This document shows positions 54,137-64,000 of a stretch of 64,000 nucleotides of DNA, piece by piece. A program made the position numbers and the translations under genes. The DNA is from Octopus sinensis (lineage: Eukaryota). A model generated the notes under the pieces. It was not told where the DNA came from, ran no database searches, and worked only from the letters and a program-made list of their open reading frames with translations. Each line of letters opens with the position of its first letter. Position 1 is the stretch's first letter. The stretch lies in NCBI RefSeq assembly GCF_006345805.1, contig NC_043011.1:19480464-19544463 (forward strand), given 5' to 3'.

Positions 54137-54500
54137 GGCGGTGAGCTGGCAGAAAAGTTAGCACGCTGGGCGAAATGCTTAGCGGTATTTCGTCTGCGTT
54201 ACGTTGTGAGTTCAAATTCCGCCGAGGTCGACTTTGCCTTTCATCCTTTCGGGGTCGATAAATTAAGTACCAGTTACGCACTGGGGTCGATATAATCGAC
54301 TTAATACCTATGTCTGTCCTTGTTTGTCCCCTCTGTGTTTAGCCCCTTGTGGGTAATAAAGAAATATGTATTTCGTCTGTCGTTACGTTCTGAGTTCAAA
54401 TTCCGCCGAGGTCGTCTTTGCCTTTCATCCTTTCGGGGTCTTTTTGTCTGTCCTTGTTTGTCCCCTTTGTGTTTAGCCCCTTGTGGCTAGTAAAGAAATA
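54137..54500 (+). mobile_element. Family-B SINE plus a second, 5'-truncated and internally deleted copy in tandem
   Basis: Full copy at 54137-54366. GTATTTCGTCTG...GAGTTCAAATTCC...GTAAAGAAATA repeats at about 54368-54500. Confidence 0.9.
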
Positions 54501-55125
54501 GGTAGGTGTGTACGCAGGAAGGTAGGTAAGTAGGTATGTATGTGTGAGCGCATTGTCAGAAACAATTAACATGGAGCGTAAACCAAATCAATTGATTGAA
54601 AAAATATGCGATGGTTTCGCATGGAATGCTAGGAAATCACATCCGCATATTTGTATAAAAGAAAAATAGTTACAATTACATTTTGAGGAAAAATATTCTA
54701 AAAGCATTAATAATTCATAGAGAGATAAGAAAATCAATGTGGAAAGAAGGTAAATTTCATTCTTCATCACGTTGCTTGTCGTGAAATTACAATATAAATA
54801 CGGGGATTTAAAATCTGGTTTAACGCAGAGTTCATTTGAAAAGAAAAAAAGTTTGTTTCTACACATTTTTCCAAGATCGATATGGTAATATAGTGTAATA
54901 GCTTACTTTTCAGGTAAACATAAATAAAATAATGCGTAGGAAGGAAGGAGGCGAAATGAAGACAGACAGACAGAGGGAGAGAGAGAGAAGGAGATGGAGA
55001 GAAAGAAGATACATTGTAATAAGTTAGCATAACCTAAATATTTTTGTTCTTATACCGCGCTTCTTACAACTGGATTATAAACGTCGTGCCTCAAATATTC
55101 ATTTATATGTATATTGTATAGCCGA

Positions 55126-55180
<55 letters not shown>

Positions 55181-55429
55181 ATATATTATATATATATATA
55201 TATATATACCTTATATACCAATATAATATACGTTTGTGTACATAGAAGTAAATTCACATTTAACTAATAGAAATATTTAAAGAAATAAATATATAAAATC
55301 AATTATTGGCCTACGTTTTTAGTTGATTCTTATCGTAAAAGATGTGTGAAATAAAATTACCATATTATTAGCGTCATGTTAATTTCTCAATTTAGAAGAA
55401 GCGTGTTTTACCCCTTGATATCCGAGGTT

Positions 55430-56660
55430 TATTGATGCATCTACTGCAAAATATTGGAAACAACTTAGAGTTTATCTTAAAATGAGGTAGGACCGCCTTC
55501 GTCAATAGTTACAGCTTAAATTCTACGAAGTATGGACTCGTACAAAGTTTGAATTGTTTCAAAAGGAACTTTTGTCCCTTTTTCGGCTAAAACAGTTTCC
55601 AGTTCTTGTAATAATGATGGTGGAGGATAGATGTGCATTACAATTCAGATCTGGAGACTGTGGTGGCGAGATAAGATGTTCAACTACACTAGAATATTCC
55701 TCTTGCCATTCAGTAACACTTTGAGCTGTGTGAATTGGTGCATTATCATCATGGAAGATTGCGTTTCCCTCCGGAAACAATTCCACAAATATAGGATGGA
55801 TTCTATCAGATAAAATTCTTAAATAGTCTTGACTATTAATTCTACCATAAAGGGTAACCATTGGTCCGGCGTATTTCCAAGATATAAGCCCCTAGATCAT
55901 CACAGATTTCCTCCATGTTTAACAGTTGGAAGAATGTAGTCTGAGTCAAATGCTTCTTTTGGCTATCTCCACAAGTATACTCAGCCGTTGGTCGGAAATA
56001 AAGCGAAGGAGAGAAAATAACATTCTTCCACTGCTCTGGGGACCAATTCTGTAGGATTTTACTCCAATCTAAACGCTTTGTAACGTTTGTTTTTGAAAGT
56101 ATTGGTTTTCTGATTGCAGCCCTCCCGTGAAATTCGGCTTTGTGTAGATCCCGGAGAACATTTTTTGTAGAGGCTGGGTTCTCGAGGTAATCATTAATTT
56201 CTGCAGTAATTTTGGGAGCAGTACTCTTGTGATCCTTTCTAATAATTCGCGCAAGATTCCGATGGTCACTATCTGAAACATTTGGTTTTCTTCGGGGTTT
56301 TGTTTCGACGAGAAGGTTTTTCCCACTTTCTCAAAGGCTGTCATTACTTTCAAGATAGTACTTCTTGAAACACCAAACATTTCAGCTGTTGTCGTTACGC
56401 TAGGCGCCTGACATACGAGAGCACCAATAATTTGACCTCTTTGAAAGTCCGATAGATCTGTCATTTTTATGAATTTTAATTACCTGTTTCTGATGATATT
56501 TGAAAAGAAACAAGAATTTTTCATCAGAACTTATTAAGCAACACTAATAATAAATGAAAAAAACATTTAAATAAGCAAGTTTTTGACAGTTTTATAGATA
56601 TTTCAAAATTAAGATGCTATGAGGCAAGGTGTTTCGATTATTATGCCCAACCCGTGTATA
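55430..56660 (-). mobile_element. Degenerate near-full-length Tc1-family transposon
   Basis: N-terminal HTH region DLSDFQRGQIIGA...TAEMFGVSRSTILKVM (56069-56464) and DDE region AIFHDDNAPIH...SPPQSPDLN (55559-55861). TIR-like TACACGGGTTGGGCATAATAATCGAAACACC at the right end. Confidence 0.9.
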
Positions 56661-58677
56661 TGGAAAGAATAGATCCACTTATATTGAACTGTAAGTGTTT
56701 ATAAAAGGCATCTCTTAACTCAGATTCCCATGTTATATGTCGTACAGTTTAACATAATTAATGGCAATTAATAATTAAATTGATTTTTATGCTGAAATAA
56801 ATATATCTATATATGCTTCTGAAATATGTTTCTTATGGACACACAGATTTCCATTGATTTTGAAATTTATTATCCATTAGTAGTTATTTGATATGGCAAT
56901 TATATGCTTTTAACAGAACACAATGCAAGTTAGTGTTGCATTTTATTCTATTATTCTTGTCTTTCTAGATTTCATGAGAAAGAATTGAAAAATATTTTTA
57001 CGCTAATGTACTGACAAACGATGGTAATATTATTTTTATAAAATGTATAGCATCAGTGCAGACCTAACTAAAATACATCAACATATGAGTGGTATTTTTT
57101 AGGTGATGGAAGAATTTTCCTAATTGTGGTAATGGGGTGCACTCTCATTAAAATTTGTATCACATTTCAATTGTATATTTATAAATATATTTGAAAATAC
57201 AACTTGTTAGAATCGAAGAATACTTCAGCATTTCAAATCATACAATCCTCATTTTATATTAATGAAATACTATAGCGATTTGTCTGCCTGTAACAGCAAA
57301 GCTGAAGAGCGAAATTCCTGATTATTTTTTATTCCTTGAGTTGAAGACAACAAAGGTAAACAGTTACACAATATAGCTGAACTATCCTACAGGAGAAATG
57401 AAATATAATTACTAGTCAATGAGGGGATGGTCCTTATTAGTAACTGATCATGACATACACGATACCATCTGCTCTAAATCTGTCACTTTTAACAGCGAGT
57501 GCTCTTCTGTTTATGCTTACACCTTCTATTTTTCTCAGTTCATTCTTTTAGCCTTCCTGTTTCCTAGTCCCTTCTGTTTTATTGTCCAATTCAAAACATC
57601 CGTAGAATCAATGTTCCATGTATGATTAACACCATCATAATCTCACTTTCCGTCAGGTTCAGCTTCTATTTCTTTGTATGTGTGTTTGTATGTCTGTGTT
57701 TGTGTGTGTTTATAAAACAAAGTTATTTTATTCCGCACGGGTAAAAATATATGCAAAATAGAAGTTGAAAATGCACTGAGACTAGTAAACATATGTTTTT
57801 ATTATATTTAAAGATCGGCTTCACAGTTTACTCTGATTTTGAAAAGGTTGAAATAAAAAGACGTGGCTTATGTCGTAAACTTCTTGTTTCTGACTAGTTT
57901 TGGAAGCTTACCCTATCTTTATAGAAAGTAAAGTATATATAATTAATATAGTATATATAATTAGTATATGTTTTGAAAAGGAATTAATTGATAGAGGATA
58001 GTCATATGACTGGTCTTAGAAATTTATGAGTGGAAAGGAGTCGTTTATATGTAATCTAATGGCTAAAGTTTAGATTGTTAGTCGTGTATGATCCTCATGT
58101 TAAGTGGCAGAATGAGGTTTGTGTGTGAATAGTTATTTGTGTATGTGCTCTGTAAAAGTTTGATAAGTCTTGCTTTTTACTTTTGTATGAAATTAGTTTC
58201 TTTCTTTATACCTGCTTCATCTGCGGTATTCACTGAACGTAGGTAGTGTGAAGTCCCAGAAGTTGGGGACTTATTTTTGGCGCATATCTGTATGTGTCCA
58301 CTCATTGGAATCTGTCAAGAACTGGGGTCACGTAGTTGTTGTCGATGAATTGTCAGTCTCTTTCTTAGTCGAAGCTATCATTAACCAATGTAATCTTCAT
58401 TATATCTCTGATATGTGATGGCTTATATTATATTACTTACAGAACATGTGACATGATTTCTTAATGTAAATATATGTCCTGAATTTGATTTAAATATGTA
58501 TGTTGTGTCTTCAATAAGGTTGATGCCAGCTCCGCTGTTGGGGCGGTAACACTCTTTGAGTGTTTGTGTGGGGATTGTAGAAGGTAATTTAGCATTGCTG
58601 AGATATTTTTGATGGACTTTGATTGCCTTTTACTTTTGATAAATTTGGTAGTGGGATGTTCGGGTGGATAATATTGC

Positions 58678-58813
58678 TTATATATATATATATATATATA
58701 TACATACATACATACATATGTATATATATATATACATACATATATATATTTACACACACACACACATATATATATACATACATATATATATTTACACACA
58801 CACACACACACAC

Positions 58814-58898
<85 letters not shown>

Positions 58899-58900
58899 CA
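58678..58900. repeat. Compound (TA)n/(CA)n microsatellite, representative of many such tracts (e.g. 553-690, 9180-9304, 13208-13315, 43500-43640, 47262-47395, 55128-55208, 59305-59530, 63365-63475)
   Basis: Directly visible. Confidence 0.95.
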
Positions 58901-59327
58901 GTGAAGAACGAAAAGTTCTGTATACACGTGGGATAGATATATTAGAAAGAAAAGAAAGTTTGTATAATAAAATTTATGGTGATATAAGGATCATATTACA
59001 TCATTGCATCATTAAGATTAAATACCGGTTTCACGATCAAACGATTGTCAAATTATATAGGGAAAACGTTTTGTTGTTAATAGGGCGTCATCTTTGAAAA
59101 AAGACATACTGCTTCATATCTGTCCGCTTTTTCTCAAAAATGGCGTCCTACTGACAGGAAAGCAGTTTTCTCGATATAAGTTGACAATCGTATTACCGTG
59201 AAACCAGTACTTATTTAATTTGTAATGATGTAATATGTTCCTAATACCGCCATAAATTATATTATACAAACTTTCTGTGACTCTTACTTGTCTTTTCTTT
59301 CTGATATATATATATAATATATATATA

Positions 59328-59373
<46 letters not shown>

Positions 59374-62079
59374 TGTGTATATATATATATGTAGGTGTAT
59401 ACATATATATATATATGCATACTTATATAGTCTCTATATATGTATGTGTAGAGGTGTGTGGGGATGTATGTGGCTGTGTGGCGATGTATGTATATATATA
59501 TATATATGTGTGTGTGTGCGTAGTTAGCTAGAATGTTATGTATATGTATAATATATATTGAAAGAGAGAGGATAGATAGACCGATAGAGAGATGTATAGA
59601 TACATACATACTTGAATAAATATATGAAGGGAGGGAGGGGGTGTTTAGGTAGGCAGGTATGTAGGTAGGTAGGAGTAAGGGGGGAGGGAGGTACGTAGGA
59701 AGCTACGTAGGTAGGTACGTGCGTATGTACGTACCTAGGAAGTTAATCAGGTATGTAGTTACGCACGTACGTAAACATTTTCACAGGTAGTCTCTTTCAC
59801 GTCTAATTTTCTCGTTATTCTCCTACACCTGCCCGAGCTAATACTTTTAACTGCTGCTCATTCCTCCTCATACTTGCTTCATATTCCTGTTCTTATTCCT
59901 ACAAATAATGCTCGTAACATCGGAGGACTTTATTAATGATTGTACGTGTGTGTTTTGTGTATGTGTGTGTTTGTGTGCGTGTGTGTGTGTGTGTTGAAGC
60001 CACGTGAATTAGAGTAGAATTGCCCGTTTCTTCTTAATGTTAGTTAAGGTAATCTAGTGGGTTTGAAGTTCGAAAATTTGTTTGAGTCAATCAAGAGAAG
60101 CAGCAATTATCTTTATAGAACTCTGAAATTTATACCCATACATTTGAAAACCTGATATCAGTGTTGACAGCGCGATTCTCTTCTTGAGTAAATATTGGAA
60201 CTCTGTTTTGATTCTCAGAAATCAAAGAAAAGATTAATGTCTTAAAATCATATTGTTTCCTCACTTTTTTGAAACAATAGTGCTCATTTGTGTCAAATAA
60301 AATCAATATCCTTAGTGAATTTTACTGATGGAAATTTATCAGGTATATTTAAAGTTCATGAGTTTCATTTGCAAAACTGACTGAGACAATAACTTTTGTG
60401 CGCGGTATTCTATGAAAATGATAATTTATTACTGTGAAGATTTGTAGGTTTTGCAATTAGCTTTCAAAGAAATTATCTTTATTTCAAATCACACAATATT
60501 TGCGCTTACATTGTGCAGAAAAACGATGGAATATTTCAATTCCGCTTTTGCATTTATTTATTTACCAATAACATCAATAGTTTGAAAAACTCAGTAATCC
60601 AATAATCGTTTGGGTATTATGTGTTCTTTCATGATCAATCATCAATATATTAGTGAGAAATAGGTTTATCTGCCAATATTTTTTTAAATTCTAAATGTAA
60701 TACAAATGTATTGACATTAGTGAAAACAAAATAAGTACGAAAATATATCAGATGTGTGTCTATATAATTTTGCCTAGGACGAAACCAACGTCGTATCACA
60801 GCTAGAAAAGATCCGGCAATTATGCAGATAAGATGTATCTTCTTTCAAATAAATGTGAAATACCGTACCTTATGATGCATGTCAGATATTTAACACTAAC
60901 ATACACTTAACAGTTTACGGTTTGTATAAGTACAGACCTTTGCGACAAAGTATAGTGAATGGTGCCTTTTCTATAACCATAAAAACTCCGAGAAAATAAC
61001 ACACTTTTAATGTAGGCAAAAGAAAAATATGAATCGATATGATTTAACAAGGCCGTGGTTAATTACGGACGTGTTTCGAAGTTAAAGATAAATTCACGAG
61101 GGTTTTGCTATATGCATACGATTAAGCGATATCGTTTGACTGACATCTATCCGCACTCGTAAATATATGCAGCGGAGTACAATTCATATGCATCCTTTAT
61201 ACCTACGTGTGTGTTACGACGTATTGTGGAAAACAATACATGTATAATAAAATAAATTTTTCAAAAAAGAAGAAACACACACATACACACATATGTATAT
61301 ATATATATATATACAGACACATACACACACACATATATATATATTTAATCCTCGCCAGAGTGAAAGTCATACATACACCTTCAACAGGTACACATATCAG
61401 CACATAAACATATGTTCACGCACACACACACACACACACAGATACGTCAACACACTTACATACCTAAATAATCACATATACACGTACATACGCACATGCA
61501 TATATGCATACATGCGTATAGGCATGCACGCATGCATACGCATATACACATATGCATACACACATACTTACATGCATACATACATACATATCATGAACTA
61601 ACTGTTATTTATAAGATGCAGCACGGAATTTCGTCTGTGAACTGTTCGCCGTCTCCAAGCGACGAAAATGTTTTGACAAAGTAAATTTAAAAGTAAAAAT
61701 GAATCTGACGGTTTTGATGTGTCTTGAAATGGCTTAGAAACATCTTCCACAGTGGAATGTATTTGTAACACTACTTCTAGCAATATAGGTATACCGGGAT
61801 TTTATGCTTGCGTGATCGATTTCTGCTAGTCAGTCCGGTGAGACACATGTACGTTTTTGCTATGTTTTTCATTGACACAAATACGCACACACAAACGTAC
61901 AGACATGTTAGGTGCATATATATAGTCCAAATTTACATAAAACGAAACATGAAGACAAGTGTAGGAACAACTAGCATGTGTATCAGTTTAAAGCTCGGGA
62001 AGAACCGAAAAGTATTTAACGTATCGGGCCCACGCTATTTGAAAGAAAGGATTACATGTAAATAAGGAGAGTGAATGAG

Positions 62080-62120
<41 letters not shown>

Positions 62121-62329
62121 ATTTGTGTGTGTGTGTGTTATATAAGCTATTTGAAACAAAATTTTAATTTAAAGAATGTAAAATATTCATCAGAAAAGAC
62201 AAGATAATTTTAATAGAATTTTGTACACTTCTTACATACATATAGAAAATAGCCTTCAATCCCACTATCATCCATCTGAATACGTTGCACCTCATTACAG
62301 TGTCTTAAATGACTAAATTCTATGATAAA

Positions 62330-62900
62330 AATATTTTGAGACACGATGGCCAAAATATACCCTAGGGCAGATACTACCATGTCCTTGGCTTTGTAGGTAT
62401 GCTAAGTTGGATGGAAACGAACACGCACGGCCTAACTCGAACAAATTCATTCAATCCAGAGCTTACCAACCGTCTCCACTGTCTCGATGTAAGTCGTTGC
62501 ATTGACTTTAAGATCGTACGTAAAAGATGAGGAGGCATGACATGATACTCATCGCTACGATCCTCAAATATCTCGGAGATGATGGGGACTTGATATGCTT
62601 AACACTGCAACCTTCGGTGGGTCTGGCGCAGAGCTATTTGACTTGTCTCATATTTAGATATTGGGCTCGGATATGAACCAGAGATTATCAAGCTCCTCTG
62701 GGTGCTTCGCTTTGTCCAGCAATGCCTTGGACTATATCAAACGCATCTCTTGACACTTACCGGACGTAAACTATCCCGTCCCCATAAATCAGGAATTGCA
62801 TCTTAAGTCTTCGTGCACCATTCCTCTAATCATTGAGTCCCACACGAGTGATAAATAGAAATGTTTCTCGGCAATTTGTCAGTATTTTCGATTATGACTC
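62330..62900 (-). mobile_element. Degenerate Tc1/mariner element of the DD37D (maT/Bmmar1-like) type
   Basis: Across frameshifts: MIRGMVHEDLR, KHPEELDNLWFISE, VSDEYHVMPPH...LKVNATTYIETVETV, RPCVF and YKAK, which follow the maT-type transposase motif order. Confidence 0.75.
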
Positions 62901-63414
62901 CCTAGCGTTGTTGGTAAAGATCACTTTCTAAAAATGCCTCACCATCAAAAACATTTATCTTTTGATCACAGAAAATAAAATCCACCCTCCACCCAGAGGC
63001 CGGGAGATCTTTTCCGGTTCTAAGAAAAATAACAAGAAACAGGCACTTTCTTAAGTTTAGATACGTTGAGCAGACAATTCCATATCGAACACAATTGTAG
63101 AAAAATTCATGCCCGCACGCATGGTACTCAATGGCATCAACAGAAATGTGATATTGCAATTCTATCGCTACTGCTGCAAAAAAATTTCTACCACCGATAC
63201 ATATGCGAACTTTAGCACGATAACTAATAGTCAGTCATATTGGCATATCCACAACAAAATATACAGATTATCATTCGTACACATGCATGCATACACACAC
63301 ACACATGCATGCCCTAAATAACTACCATATTCTGAAATACCATAAATATTAAGCTATAAAATATTTGCACATACACTCACACACACATACAAACACATAT
63401 ATATGTATGTGTGC

Positions 63415-63476
<62 letters not shown>

Positions 63477-63966
63477 CATTGTGGACGTACCTTTTCAAAA
63501 TGGATGAATAGCAAAATGAACGACAAATTCTAACTTGTCAAAACATCAATAACATTGTGTAGCCCAGATTAACTGATTACAAACAAGAATTTATTCTGTA
63601 TGGTATATTTTATCTGATTCCCACAAAAATTAACTTGTGAGATATTTTGGATGTTTTTTTTTTTAAATCCAAAACGTATCCGACATAAAAGAGGAAAATT
63701 AAAACATAATATTGCTATCTGTTTTACAGAAATTTTATCATTCTTTATCACATTAGCCAATATTTCATTGGTGTGAATATTCGCTTAGCGTTTGTAACAT
63801 TGATTATAGCTATGATAATCTAAACAACAATTTATTTGTTTTTCTTGTATCAGTTTAGCTGCTTTCATACACTCCATAAGTTTATATATACATATATATA
63901 TGTGTGTATGTGTATATGTATATATATATATACATATATATATATTCCATAAATGTATGTATACAT

Positions 63967-64000
<34 letters not shown>

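Overview
AT-rich, microsatellite-dense animal genomic DNA. The repeat families and the (TA)n/(CA)n/(ATAG)n/(AAT)n load look like an octopod cephalopod; this is an inference from pattern recognition, not a search result. I found no convincing host protein-coding exon, rRNA, functional tRNA or CRISPR array, so the window reads as intergenic or deep intronic. Almost every recognisable ORF is a transposon remnant: Tc1/mariner elements of several lineages (including a DD37D/maT type), a Ty3/Gypsy relic split by nested insertions, an R4/Dong-clade LINE 3' end inside (AAT)n, an RTE LINE 3' end, two Penelope-like elements and several tRNA-derived SINE families. Most other ORFs in the track are microsatellite artefacts. 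The least explained feature is a 2.8-copy head-to-tail array of a 469-bp unit (15672-16999). On the minus strand it carries a consensus 89-aa ORF with no homologue I recognise, followed by a 3' tail shared with a local SINE family. It lies about 420 bp from an ungapped 68-bp inverted repeat. Repeat boundaries are hand-read and approximate unless stated.
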